The notes below the pieces were generated by a model. It ran no database searches, was not told the origin of the DNA, and saw only the letters and a list, made by a program, of their open reading frames with translations. A stretch of DNA of 63,934 nucleotides, filler included. It is 4 parts of 4 records of this genome, joined end to end, with 100 filler letters (N's around TTAATTAATTAA, not from the genome) between each part and the next. Parts side by side here need not be neighbours in the genome. Positions count along the whole stretch, not along the records: positions 9,269 to 25,748 come from SRR20825006_442; 3 more parts are not named here. The stretch is one strand, 5' to 3'. A program made the translations under genes and the position numbers. Shown one piece after another: positions 10,713-20,443 of the stretch (positions within the stretch are counted from its first letter, which is position 1; every line of letters begins with the position of its first letter).

Positions 10713-11840
10713 TTACAGTTCGGTGTTTAGGTGTTTTGCGACCGCAGTTTTAAGCAATGCAAAGGCGTTGCTTTTTGCATATTCCAGAGACATCGTTTCC
10801 GTTTTTATCGCGATAGCTTTGGTAATTCCGGAGGCGGTTAATACTTCTTGGTCTGCTTGAACACTTCCGGCAAAGAGGTAAAGCGGTTTGTGGTGTTTGC
10901 GCGCCAATTCTGCAAGTTTAAAAGGCACTTTGCCATACTGACTTTGATTATCGGTTTTTCCTTCTCCTGTGATGATCAAATCGGCTTGTTTTACGCGTTC
11001 TTCCAAGTTTGCCAGTTTGCTGAGCAATTCAAAGCCGGGCTCTAGTTTGCTGTTAAAGAAGCCAAACATTCCTGCGGAAGTGCCTCCGGCAGCGCCACCA
11101 CCGGTAATGCTCGTTATAGTCCTTCCTGTTTTTTGTTGAATTATTTGCGCTACATGTTCGGCACCTTGTTCTAGGGCTTTAACCTGCGCCGGCGTAGCAC
11201 CTTTTTGCGGAGCGTAGATCGTTGCTGCTCCCGTTGCGCCAAGCAGCAGGTTAGACACATCACAAGCCACTGTGATTTGCGCCGAAGCGATTTGGGGTAT
11301 GAGACTATCAAAATCAAGATCGGTTATAGTTTTGAGATGTGCTCCACAGGCTTGAACCGAGTTTTGGTTGCGGTCTAAAAGTTTTCCGCCTAAAGCGGTA
11401 AATATACCCGTCGCGGCATCATTTGTAGCGCTTCCACCAATGCCCAAAATTATATTTTGATAACCGTTTTCTAAAGCATGCTTCAGTTGTAATCCGGTGC
11501 CGAATGTAGATGTGCGCATAGGGTTTTTCTCTTCATCTTTTAAAAGCGCGATTCCTGAAGCTTGCGACAATTCGATCCACGCGGTTTTTCCATCTTTAAA
11601 TCCGTAGTAAGCAGCGGTTAAAGGTCGACCCAAAGGATCACAAACTTGACATTCAATTGTGTTTCCCAATTGCAATGCTTCAAAAAGTTCAAATGCACCC
11701 TCGCCACCGTCAGAAAACGGCAATAGATCTAGGTGTATGTGAGGGTTAATGCTTTGTAATCCTTCGGCGATTGCCTTGCAAACTTGTGTAGCGCTAAGAC
11801 TTTCTTTGAAGGAATCTGGTGCAATAAGAATTCTGGACAT
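10713..11840 (-). CDS. Glycerate kinase (GlxK/GarK family)
   Basis: IAPDSFKESL, SDGGEG, GIGGSATND and ITGEG motifs. Confidence 0.95.
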   Translation of the reverse strand: MSRILIAPDSFKESLSATQVCKAIAEGLQSINPHIHLDLLPFSDGGEGAFELFEALQLGNTIECQVCDPLGRPLTAAYYGFKDGKTAWIELSQASGIALLKDEEKNPMRTSTFGTGLQLKHALENGYQNIILGIGGSATNDAATGIFTALGGKLLDRNQNSVQACGAHLKTITDLDFDSLIPQIASAQITVACDVSNLLLGATGAATIYAPQKGATPAQVKALEQGAEHVAQIIQQKTGRTITSITGGGAAGGTSAGMFGFFNSKLEPGFELLSKLANLEERVKQADLIITGEGKTDNQSQYGKVPFKLAELARKHHKPLYLFAGSVQADQEVLTASGITKAIAIKTETMSLEYAKSNAFALLKTAVAKHLNTEL

Positions 11841-11893
11841 AAGATGGTGCTATAAGTGTCTCGTAGAAATTTAGTGTTTTTCTTGAAATAAAA

Positions 11894-11953
11894 TTTAAAT
11901 GTAAAGTTTGCTTTACATTTAAAAAAGTATACTTTTGTCAAGTAAACTTTACA
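11894..11953 (+). promoter_or_regulatory. Two TGTAAAG-N4-CTTTACA operators overlapping a Bacteroidota -33/-7 promoter
   Basis: Perfect 13-bp-arm palindrome at 11894-11923 and a second copy TGTCAAG-TAAA-CTTTACA at 11936-11953. TTTG at 11907-11910 and TAnnTTTG (TACTTTTG) at 11930-11937. Confidence 0.7.
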
Positions 11954-11973
11954 TTAATCAAAAATCAGATAGT

Positions 11974-12363
11974 ATGAATTCAAAATTTATTGCTTCAAGA
12001 AATCGTTTGGCTAAATGGTCTTTAGCTTGGGTATTTACAACTGCTCTGGTCACCTTTGGGTCACAGTTTTTATGGGATTCCCAAATCATTACAGTTTTAA
12101 GTATTAGTATTAGCCTTGCTGTTGGCGTTGGGATGGTGTTGGCCAATCGCAAATTTGTGAATGATGGAGATGAGTTGCAGCGCAAGATTCAATTAGAGTC
12201 TATGGCGCTTACTTTGGGGCTCGCGGTGGTTGTGGGCATCGCGTATTCTCAATTAGATACCACTAATCTCATTAAGGCTGACGCCGAAATTAGTGTACTC
12301 ATTCTCTTTATGGGGATTACTTATAGTTTTTGTGTGTTTTTCAATTCGCGTCGTTACTCATGA
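11974..12363 (+). CDS. Four-TM membrane protein coupled to an XRE regulator
   Basis: Four hydrophobic segments and DELQRKIQLE. The stop overlaps the ATG of the HTH gene. Confidence 0.8.
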   Translation: MNSKFIASRNRLAKWSLAWVFTTALVTFGSQFLWDSQIITVLSISISLAVGVGMVLANRKFVNDGDELQRKIQLESMALTLGLAVVVGIAYSQLDTTNLIKADAEISVLILFMGITYSFCVFFNSRRYS

Positions 12364-12560
12364 AAAATAATATTAAAACGTTACGCGCAGCATTTCAGCT
12401 TACGCAAAGTGATTTGGCTGAAAAAATAGAGGTTTCCCGTCAGACGGTTAACGCGATCGAAAAGGGTAAATTTGACCCTAGTTTGCCCACAGCTTTTAGG
12501 CTTGCTGCAGTTTTTAATTGTAGTATTGAAGAACTTTTTATTTATGAATCTGAAGAATAA
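12360..12560 (+). CDS. XRE-family HTH transcriptional regulator
   Basis: LTQSDLAEKIEVSRQTVNAIEKGKFDPSL. Confidence 0.93.
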   Translation: MKNNIKTLRAAFQLTQSDLAEKIEVSRQTVNAIEKGKFDPSLPTAFRLAAVFNCSIEELFIYESEE

Positions 12561-12569
12561 GAGCAATTT

Positions 12570-13268
12570 ATGCGCAACTTCTTAGTAAAGAATTTACCCA
12601 AAATACTAACAGCATTTGTCGTGCTTTGCGGTGTAGCTGCCTATTTTACACTGCCTGAAGTGCAGCATTTTTTAGATGAAGCTTGGCGGGTGCTTACCGG
12701 CGGTGACGAGCAGGAAATTAAAAATTGGGTAGATTCTTTTGGTTGGGCGGGTCCCGTTGTGCTGATCTTAGCGATGGTGATCCAGATGTTCTTAATAGTG
12801 ATACCTTCTATCGCGCTGATGGTTGTTTGCATTTTAGCTTACGGTCCTATCTGGGGAAGTTTACTGGTTGGGATTGCCATTAGCTGTGCTTCTACAGTGG
12901 GTTATTTTTTAGGCCGAAAGCTAGGCGATGGAGTAGTAAAAAACCTAGTAGGTGCTTCAACCGAAGATAAACTTGAGGATTTCCTTAACGATTACGGGTT
13001 TTGGGCAATTGCCATCACTAGGTTGAATCCGTTTTTATCTAATGACGCGATCAGTTTTGTAGCCGGAATTTTAAAGATGAATTATTTCAAATTTTTAGGC
13101 GCTACCCTTGCAGGAATTGCTCCGCTGACACTATTCATCGCGATTATGGGTGAAAGCACAGACGGACTCAAAAACGGACTGCTGTGGGGTTCTATAGTGA
13201 GTTTAGTTATTTTTCTAGGTTATGTTTTTTGGAGTAAAAAGCACAAGAAAAAGAAACAAAAGGCTTGA
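12570..13268 (+). CDS. TVP38/TMEM64 (DedA/VTT) family membrane protein
   Basis: RLNPFLSNDAISFVAG motif and TM segments. Confidence 0.9.
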   Translation: MRNFLVKNLPKILTAFVVLCGVAAYFTLPEVQHFLDEAWRVLTGGDEQEIKNWVDSFGWAGPVVLILAMVIQMFLIVIPSIALMVVCILAYGPIWGSLLVGIAISCASTVGYFLGRKLGDGVVKNLVGASTEDKLEDFLNDYGFWAIAITRLNPFLSNDAISFVAGILKMNYFKFLGATLAGIAPLTLFIAIMGESTDGLKNGLLWGSIVSLVIFLGYVFWSKKHKKKKQKA

Positions 13269-13280
13269 GTTGTAGGTGTT

Positions 13281-13643
13281 CTACCAAAGTTTTAAAAACA
13301 GCAATAGGGCAAGAATGATCAGATTATAAAACACAAATTCAGAAAGTAGAAAACCGGTAAAAAATCCTCTAAATCTTCCGGTATATTGATCGATCCCTTT
13401 TGAAGTTTTAGTATAAAACGACTCAAAGGGCCAAAAACCATCTTGATCCTGCAAAAATCCCCCAACTTGTGACAGTGAAGATTTTGTACCGGGTTCCCTA
13501 TCTGTAAATAAGAATATTTCAAAAGTTTCTCGCTCAGAAACCGCTTGTATTTTCGGCGAAATTCCAAAATAATTTACGCCAAAGGCAATGCAATTAAAAC
13601 CAATTAACGAAATGGTAAGCCGTAGTATGAGCGATTGATTCAC
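13281..13643 (-). CDS. Hypothetical membrane protein
   Basis: 120-aa ORF with N- and C-terminal hydrophobic helices that fills the gap between genes. Confidence 0.55.
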   Translation of the reverse strand: MNQSLILRLTISLIGFNCIAFGVNYFGISPKIQAVSERETFEIFLFTDREPGTKSSLSQVGGFLQDQDGFWPFESFYTKTSKGIDQYTGRFRGFFTGFLLSEFVFYNLIILALLLFLKLW

Positions 13644-13790
13644 GTTTTAATTTTTCCCAAATGTACTGGTCGGGATTTAGGCAGAGTAGGGGAATTTCCC
13701 CCAATATATAGTTTTGTTTAGGGGAATGTATGTCATTATAATTTGTCACTTCAAGTTGATGTGTTTTCTTTGCTGTTAAGTTTTAAACTC

Positions 13791-14558
13791 ATGAGAAAGT
13801 TTTTTGCATATCCGCTTAGTGTGATTTTTTATCTTGCTTTTGGTTTGACCATTTGTATTTTTCACCCCGTGCAATGGGTGTGCTATAATTGGTTTGGTTA
13901 TCAGGCGCATAAAAAGAGTGTAGATTATCTTAATTTCTGCATTTTAAAGTGTCTGAATCTTTTGGGAACGCGCTTTACTTTTGAAAACCCATACACTATA
14001 AAACGCGATCAGCCCATAATCATCGTTGCTAACCATCAGGGGCAATGGGATATTTCACCTATAATCTGGTATCTGCGACGCCTGCATCCCAAATTCATTA
14101 GTAAAATTGAATTAGGAAAAGGTATTCCCAGCATCTCGTATAATTTGAGAAAGGGAGGTTCGGCATTGATTGATCGTAAAGACAAGCGCCAATCTATTAT
14201 GGCGATTCGTGATCTCACCAAAACTTTAAATAAAACCAACAGATCTGTGGTTATTTTTCCTGAAGGAACGCGCAGCAAAGATGGAATCCCAAAACAGTTT
14301 GCCACAGGTGGTTTGGTAACGCTTTTTAAATTTATGCCTGATGCGATTGTCGTGCCGGTTACTATTAACAATTCGTGGAAATTAATGCGCTGGGGCGGAT
14401 TTCCGCAGGACATAGGAGTACACGTAAAGCATACGGTTCATAAACCTATTCCGGTTGCTGGGACCGCACCTGAAGAACTGGTAAAACAAGTACAAGATAT
14501 TGTGCTGGCTGATTTTCCCAGAATTAAAGAGCATACCCGAAAATCAAAATTGATTTAA
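13791..14558 (+). CDS. plsC: 1-acyl-sn-glycerol-3-phosphate acyltransferase
   Basis: NHQ-x3-D and FPEGTRS motifs. Confidence 0.9.
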   Translation: MRKFFAYPLSVIFYLAFGLTICIFHPVQWVCYNWFGYQAHKKSVDYLNFCILKCLNLLGTRFTFENPYTIKRDQPIIIVANHQGQWDISPIIWYLRRLHPKFISKIELGKGIPSISYNLRKGGSALIDRKDKRQSIMAIRDLTKTLNKTNRSVVIFPEGTRSKDGIPKQFATGGLVTLFKFMPDAIVVPVTINNSWKLMRWGGFPQDIGVHVKHTVHKPIPVAGTAPEELVKQVQDIVLADFPRIKEHTRKSKLI

Positions 14559-14561
14559 GCT

Positions 14562-15242
14562 ATGACCGAATCTCTGAAGTTGCATAAGTCTGATATCGCA
14601 CTGATCGAAAAGACCAGCGATTATGTCAAAAAAACGCTTTTAGAAGCCGAAGGAGGGCATGATTGGTTTCATACGCTTAGAGTGTATAAAAATGCGCTGA
14701 ATATCGCTAAGGGCGAAGATCAGGCAGATGTGGTGATCGTGGCCTTGGGAGCGCTTTTGCACGATATCGCCGACTCTAAGTTCAACAAAGGTGACGAGCG
14801 TATTGGTCCTAAACTGGCTACAGCGTTTTTACAATCTCAAAATGTGACCTTTTCAAGGGTTGAGGCGGTGGTTAAGATTGTTGAGAATGTATCTTACAGA
14901 GGTGGAAATCCTAAATCTGACTATTCAAGTATTGAACTTCAAATCGTGCAAGATGCAGATCGTCTTGATGCCATAGGCGCAATTGGAATTGCACGCACGT
15001 TTAACTACGGTGGATTCAAAAACCGCAAACTTTATGATCCTGCTATCCCGCCTAAACTGGATATGACCGCAGAGCAATACAAAAAGTCTGAAGCTCCTAC
15101 CATCAATCATTTTTATGAAAAGCTTTTGTTGCTTAAAGATAAAATGCACACAAAAACGGCTCAGGCTATAGCGCAAGAACGCCACACTTTTATGGAAACT
15201 TTTCTGGAGCAATTCTATGCGGAGTGGGAAGGAAAAAAATAG
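14562..15242 (+). CDS. HD-domain phosphohydrolase (YedJ-like)
   Basis: GHDWFH, LLHDIAD and VQDADRLDAIGAIG. Confidence 0.92.
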   Translation: MTESLKLHKSDIALIEKTSDYVKKTLLEAEGGHDWFHTLRVYKNALNIAKGEDQADVVIVALGALLHDIADSKFNKGDERIGPKLATAFLQSQNVTFSRVEAVVKIVENVSYRGGNPKSDYSSIELQIVQDADRLDAIGAIGIARTFNYGGFKNRKLYDPAIPPKLDMTAEQYKKSEAPTINHFYEKLLLLKDKMHTKTAQAIAQERHTFMETFLEQFYAEWEGKK

Positions 15243-15462
15243 ACTTATTTTAGGATTTGAAGGTTATACGACCTCAGCTTTGAGACTTCTAATACGCTCA
15301 ATGAGCGATTTTTAAATCTTTTTGGGTAATTTAGGTAACTAGCTTAGCACAGGAAGTATAGTCTTGTGATTAGCGGTTTACACTATGCTTTTACATTAGT
15401 GATCTTGTTAGATACGCTATGCGTTTAAAGCAATAAAATTATTCTCAGAGATTTTACAGCCT

Positions 15463-16815
15463 ATGAAACCCTCAATTCTTTTTGCATTCTTACTTTTTAT
15501 TTGTTTTGGTTGTTCAGATAACGAACCGGGTTTTATCGAGGAGGAAGAGACTGATCGAGAGACACCGGTAGAAAATCCTGATGAAAATCCAGAAACTCCA
15601 GAAGAACCTGAAGAAACTTATGAGGTTGCCGGTGAGATCGAATTCTATGATGAGAACCTTATAAGCGAAGGCTATGTTTTAGTCAATGATGTGGGATTTA
15701 ATAGGGTGTATATGATCAATAAAGACAAAGCCGAAATACGTCACGAATGGGAACTTGAGCAAGGTATAGGTAATGATGCAGAGCTCCTTGAAAATTCAGA
15801 CTTACTGGTAAGCCTGATTGCCGAAAATGTAGCGTTCAGTTTTGGTGGATTTGGAGGGTTAGTACAGTTGGTGGCTCCAGATAATACAGTAAAGTGGGAG
15901 TACGAGATCAATACCACATTTGAATTAGGGCATCACGATGTAGAGCAATTGCCTAACGGAAATATTCTCATATTGGTCTGGGAAGGTAAGCTGAGTTCTG
16001 AAGCGAGTGAGACCTTTGGATATGCTTATGATGATGAAGTAATTTATGCTGAAAAGCTCATAGAAGTCAATCCGGCAACGAACGAGATTGTGTGGCAGTG
16101 GAGTTCGTGGGATCATACCATTCAAGAAGACGATGTAACCAAACCTAACTATGGGTTGATTTCTGAAAACCCTCAGCGTATTGACCTCAATTATCGGGAC
16201 GCGCTTCGTGACGGCAGTTATAACGGCGATATCATGCACGCTAACGGAATTGAATATGATGCTCAGAATGATCTGATCTATATAAGCGTGAATTTTTATA
16301 GCGAAGTATGGGTGCTTGATCACAGCACAACCACCGAAGAAGCTGCGCTCAATACCGGCGGTAACAGAAACAAGGGAGGTGACCTCGTGTACAGGTTTGG
16401 GAATCCTGAGGCTTATAATAATTCACAAGGAACACGAACGTTCTTTTATAATCACGGCATCAATAAAATAGCAAATACAGAGCATATATTGATCTATGCC
16501 AATGGTGGCCTGGGTGGTGTTACGCAATCTGTGGTTTATGAATTGGCATTACCTGACGCGTTTGTAATGCAAGCTGATACTGATAATGAATTAGAAGAAG
16601 TATGGAGTTTTACAGACCCTGATCTGTTTGCACCCCGAGTTTCCGGAGCTTATAGATTGTCAAACGGGAATACGTTAATTACCGAAGGAGATTATGGCTG
16701 TTGGGAAGTGACTCAGAACCAAGAAATCGCTTGGAAGTATAAAGGAACGGGATTCACGTGGCGCGCTTATGCCTATGATCAAGATGATACTGTCTTAGAT
16801 CCTTTCGACCTATAA
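15463..16815 (+). CDS. Aryl-sulfate sulfotransferase-like lipoprotein
   Basis: Lipobox FGC, acidic linker, HHD...LPNGNIL, MHANGI and RLSNGNTLITEG motifs. Confidence 0.8.
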   Translation: MKPSILFAFLLFICFGCSDNEPGFIEEEETDRETPVENPDENPETPEEPEETYEVAGEIEFYDENLISEGYVLVNDVGFNRVYMINKDKAEIRHEWELEQGIGNDAELLENSDLLVSLIAENVAFSFGGFGGLVQLVAPDNTVKWEYEINTTFELGHHDVEQLPNGNILILVWEGKLSSEASETFGYAYDDEVIYAEKLIEVNPATNEIVWQWSSWDHTIQEDDVTKPNYGLISENPQRIDLNYRDALRDGSYNGDIMHANGIEYDAQNDLIYISVNFYSEVWVLDHSTTTEEAALNTGGNRNKGGDLVYRFGNPEAYNNSQGTRTFFYNHGINKIANTEHILIYANGGLGGVTQSVVYELALPDAFVMQADTDNELEEVWSFTDPDLFAPRVSGAYRLSNGNTLITEGDYGCWEVTQNQEIAWKYKGTGFTWRAYAYDQDDTVLDPFDL

Positions 16816-16820
16816 TAAAT

Positions 16821-16854
16821 ACAAAGCCCGAAGCTATAAAACTTCGGGCTTTGT
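16821..16854. terminator. Bidirectional terminator
   Basis: ACAAAGCCCGAAG...CTTCGGGCTTTGT between convergent genes. Confidence 0.8.
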
Positions 16855-16871
16855 TAATGTATGAATGCTTT

Positions 16872-19115
16872 CTACATATGCTTTTTGTGCTCTATGTAAT
16901 AATGCTCGAGCAGATTCATAGTTGCTTTGATCAGATCTTCAGTTTCTTGAAGAATACTAAAATAAAGCATGGTATTTTTTGGACTGGAATCAGCACTACG
17001 GGTGCGCTCTACTTGTTTTTCGATCTTTTGTGAAACGCTATCCAACAGATTTTGTTTTTCCTCTAATATAGCCACCAGATCGTCAAAGTTTTTAGCATTG
17101 AAGGTGTCTTCAATTTTTGAAAACAATTTATCTAGTTTGTCCTCAATTTCTTTTAGATCCTTAAGCTGTGTAAACTTAAGTCCTTTGTGGTTGTTGTTGA
17201 GGTGATTGTAGCTTGAGGTGGTAACAAAGTCTATAGACTGGGTTACATCTTGTAAATACCCTAAAACATCAATGTAGAAGCGACTGGCTTGAACGTGGGT
17301 TTCATCTAGATTTTTGATGAAATAATACAAGCTGTTACGAAGTTCTTCAACCTCATTATTGAGTTTTGCGATCCCTTTTTTACTCTTTTTGAGTTTACCT
17401 AAATCTACTTTAGCTAAACCTTCAATCGTACCAACATAAACTTTGCTTCCGCGTCTGAATGCTGAAGCCACATTGGTTGTACTTTCATTGATAATTCCTT
17501 GGATAGAATTACTCACAGCGCGCATTAAGCGGCCCTCTTCAGCTTCGGCTTCAGAACGTTTTTTGTGGTTCATATAGTTACGCACCAAAATTGCGATCGC
17601 AGCAGCAAACAATAAGAAGAGTGCAATGCTTCCACCTTTGTATAGAAGAAAAGCCATTATAGCAGCGGCTGTAAATGCGCTAAGTGCCGTCATAAACCAA
17701 CCTCCAATGACATTAAGTACTCCGGCAACACGATATACGGCGCTTTCACTTCCCCAAGCACGGTCTGCAAGTGAACTACCCATAGCGACCATAAAGGTTA
17801 CATAAGTTGTAGAAAGTGGAAGTTTAAGCGAAGTCGCCACCGAAATAAGTACACTGGCGATCATTAAGTTTACCGAAGCACGAACCAAGTCAAAAGCAGG
17901 CATATCAATAGTAGCAACGCGCGAAGTAACTTTAGGTTTCGCAAAGCGTTTTTCCATCATTTGCTTAGCCGAATCGGGCAAAATTGACATTATTCCCGCA
18001 TTGAGTTTCATAGCGCCACGCACCAAGGCACGAGAACCGGCATTGGCTTTAAAACGCTCCTGCCCTTCATCCTGACGGGATAGATCTACCGACGTTTTTA
18101 CAACACGACGGGCTTTTTTAGAAAACCATAAGGTTAAGATCATTACTAAACCGGCTCCTAAAAGTAACAAGGGTTGTGTAGGTACTTTTTCTGCCAGAGA
18201 TTCCATAGTGAAACTAGTAGCAGGTTCACCACTTGCCAGCCAAATCTCATACGAGTTGTAGGCTGCCATAGGTACACCGATGAAGTTTACGAGGTCATTT
18301 CCGGCGAAAGCCATCGCGAGGGCAAATGTACCAAAGATGATAACCATCACATAGACATTGAGCTTAAAAGCTTTGATCAGGATATATGAAATAAGGAACC
18401 AAACAATAAAACTTAAACCAATGAAAGGCCATACGTTAGCATTAGCCCAATCTAAGAAAGCTCCCTGAACAAAATCGGCACTTTTTAAACCTTTGATGAT
18501 AATGAAGTAGCTGATCGCTGCAGTGGCGATTCCGCTAAATGCCGCAGCATTCCAAGTAGGACGCTTAGCGAAGTTGAAGGTTAAGAGCAAACGGGTAATA
18601 AACTGTACTAAAGCACCCACCGTAAAGGCAATTGCGACCGAGAGCAGAATACCCACAATGATCTCTATAGCTTTGTCTGAGTTGATGTATTCCCCAAGAT
18701 GTAATAACGTGTCTGAGTTTCCAGAAAGCTTTATGAAGGTCATACAGAAAGCCGCGCCTAAAAGTTCAAATACAATAGATACCGTAGTTGAAGTAGGTAA
18801 TCCCAGCGTGTTGAAGAAATCCAGCAATAAAATATCAGTAATCATAACAGCCATGAAAATGACCATGATTTCGTCAAAATAAAATTTCTCAGGAACGAAG
18901 ATACCTTTACGAGCAACCTCCATCATCCCGCTAGAAGAGAGCGCTCCAAAAGCAATACCAATACTGGCAACGATCATAATGGTCTTAAAACTCACCGCTT
19001 TTGAACCAATCGCTGAATTCAAGAAGTTAACCGCATCATTACTCACTCCCACTACTAAATCTGCAATGGCTAAAATGGCCAAAGCGATAAGCATAATCAA
19101 GTATATATTATCCAT
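16872..19115 (-). CDS. Inorganic phosphate transporter (PiT family) with C-terminal helical PhoU-like extension
   Basis: GVSNDAVNFL and FAGNDLVNFIG repeats with PTSTT/PLSTT motifs. Confidence 0.9.
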   Translation of the reverse strand: MDNIYLIMLIALAILAIADLVVGVSNDAVNFLNSAIGSKAVSFKTIMIVASIGIAFGALSSSGMMEVARKGIFVPEKFYFDEIMVIFMAVMITDILLLDFFNTLGLPTSTTVSIVFELLGAAFCMTFIKLSGNSDTLLHLGEYINSDKAIEIIVGILLSVAIAFTVGALVQFITRLLLTFNFAKRPTWNAAAFSGIATAAISYFIIIKGLKSADFVQGAFLDWANANVWPFIGLSFIVWFLISYILIKAFKLNVYVMVIIFGTFALAMAFAGNDLVNFIGVPMAAYNSYEIWLASGEPATSFTMESLAEKVPTQPLLLLGAGLVMILTLWFSKKARRVVKTSVDLSRQDEGQERFKANAGSRALVRGAMKLNAGIMSILPDSAKQMMEKRFAKPKVTSRVATIDMPAFDLVRASVNLMIASVLISVATSLKLPLSTTYVTFMVAMGSSLADRAWGSESAVYRVAGVLNVIGGWFMTALSAFTAAAIMAFLLYKGGSIALFLLFAAAIAILVRNYMNHKKRSEAEAEEGRLMRAVSNSIQGIINESTTNVASAFRRGSKVYVGTIEGLAKVDLGKLKKSKKGIAKLNNEVEELRNSLYYFIKNLDETHVQASRFYIDVLGYLQDVTQSIDFVTTSSYNHLNNNHKGLKFTQLKDLKEIEDKLDKLFSKIEDTFNAKNFDDLVAILEEKQNLLDSVSQKIEKQVERTRSADSSPKNTMLYFSILQETEDLIKATMNLLEHYYIEHKKHM

Positions 19116-19166
19116 AAAAAGGGTCTGTCTTTTAAATGTGCAAATTTGATATTTATTTTAAAGTTG

Positions 19167-19199
19167 AATGTTACGCGAAGGTTATAAGTACGGTAACAA
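19167..19199. promoter_or_regulatory. 11-bp-periodic direct repeats (Pho-box-like) upstream of pit
   Basis: AATGTTACGCG / AAGGTTATAAG / TACGGTAACAA. Confidence 0.5.
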
Positions 19200-19303
19200 A
19201 ATGCATATTCTAGGCTTGAAAAGCGTTTAAACAGTGGGGGAAAGCGTGTATTTTAAGTTAAAAAATAATGCCAAATACTTATAAATCAATGTTTTAAATT
19301 TTT

Positions 19304-19360
19304 AATGTTAACTCAATGTTACGTAAATGTTTCTTTATGTTTACTAATTTCATATATTTG
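19304..19360 (+). promoter_or_regulatory. 11-bp-periodic direct repeats plus a Bacteroidota -7 element
   Basis: AATGTTAACTC / AATGTTACGTA / AATGTTTCTTT / ATGTTTACTAA, then TATATTTG (TAnnTTTG) at 19353-19360. Confidence 0.65.
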
Positions 19361-19392
19361 TAAAGTAAAGTTTAACCCAAATACTGTTTATT

Positions 19393-19752
19393 ATGAAAAA
19401 GTTACTAGTTGCCGTTGCCTTTTTAGGAGCTGTAAGTTTTGCTTCAGCACAGGAAAAGAAGAACATTTATGTTAAAGAAGGTAATTTAATCAAAGCAACT
19501 TTGTTTCACGATAATGGGCAGGTTAGTCAAAAGGGTTACTACACAGCAGATGGAAAGCTTCAAGGTGAGTGGATCAGCTACGATAAAAGCGGAATTAAAA
19601 CTGCAGTAGCTAACTATGAAAATGGCGAGAAAACCGGAAAATGGTTTTTCTGGAATGACGACACCTTAAGAGAAGTAGACTATAGCCAGTCTCAAATTAC
19701 CAGCGTTAACACTTGGAAAATTGAGGGTGAGCGTGTAGTGAGCAATGAGTAA
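19393..19752 (+). CDS. Small secreted MORN-variant/YwqK-like repeat protein
   Basis: Signal peptide ending ASA-Q, with beta-hairpin repeats FHDNGQ, GEWISY and GKWFFW. Confidence 0.8.
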   Translation: MKKLLVAVAFLGAVSFASAQEKKNIYVKEGNLIKATLFHDNGQVSQKGYYTADGKLQGEWISYDKSGIKTAVANYENGEKTGKWFFWNDDTLREVDYSQSQITSVNTWKIEGERVVSNE

Positions 19753-19790
19753 ACCTAGCTTTTTATTAAAAACAAGGTCTTAAAAATTAT

Positions 19791-19821
19791 AAGTCCGCTG
19801 AATATTCAGCGGACTTTTTTT
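19791..19821 (+). terminator. Intrinsic terminator
   Basis: AAGTCCGCTGAATATTCAGCGGACTT followed by a T-run. Confidence 0.8.
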
Positions 19822-19926
19822 ATGCTTTAAACCGTCTGAGGATGCTGCACTTAAATATTCTATGGTTTAGAGCGTCTATTAGAAATCTAAATGCTTTTCT
19901 GTAAATTGGTATTCTAGTTAATAGAA

Positions 19927-20443
19927 GTTGCCATACATACCCAAACTGAATGCCGAGGATTGAATTACAAACTAAAATTAAAGCTGATAAAGAAATAGTT
20001 TTTGACCTTTCTCGGAGTATAGATTTGCACAAAATATCGACCGAACACACAAATGAGACTGCAATCGCTGGAAAGACAAGCGGTTTAATCGGACTTGATG
20101 AATGTGTAACTTGGCGAGCAAAACATTTTGGAATTTATCAACGGCTAACATCCAAAATAACGGAATTTGACCGACCGAATTACTTTGCAGATGAAATGGT
20201 AAACGGAGCGTTTTCGGAATTTAAACACGAACATCATTTTGCGGATTTGAATGGCGGGACTTTGATGATTGACTATTTTGACTATAAATCACCATTTGGA
20301 ATTTTAGGGAATTTAGCAGACAAAGTTTTTCTGGAAAAATATATGACTAATTTGTTATCCGAGAGAAATCGAATTGTAAAAGAGTTTGCGGAATCGGATA
20401 AGTGGAAACAAATACTAACCCAATAAAAAGTACGTATGGCAAC
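19927..20443 (+). mobile_element. Putative solitary gene cassette (inverted GTTGCCATAC...GTATGGCAAC cores) carrying the SRPBCC gene
   Basis: GTTGCCATACATAC (19927-19940) lies 9 nt before the ATG and GTACGTATGGCAAC (20430-20443) lies 3 nt after the stop. The two are a 13/14 reverse-complement match. Confidence 0.55.
19950..20426 (+). CDS. SRPBCC family protein
   Basis: VFDLSRSIDLH, VTWRAKHFG and FADEMVNGAFSEFKHEHHF. Confidence 0.88.
   Translation: MPRIELQTKIKADKEIVFDLSRSIDLHKISTEHTNETAIAGKTSGLIGLDECVTWRAKHFGIYQRLTSKITEFDRPNYFADEMVNGAFSEFKHEHHFADLNGGTLMIDYFDYKSPFGILGNLADKVFLEKYMTNLLSERNRIVKEFAESDKWKQILTQ

Noticed and set aside
9269-13643. Genomic island integrated at tRNA-Asn
   Set aside because: There is no integrase, no duplicated tRNA 3' end and no obvious compositional break on this contig.
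19393-19752. Toxin-antitoxin antitoxin or NaMN adenylyltransferase
   Set aside because: The protein has a signal peptide, no adjacent toxin and no HxGH motif. Only the MORN-like repeats are supported.
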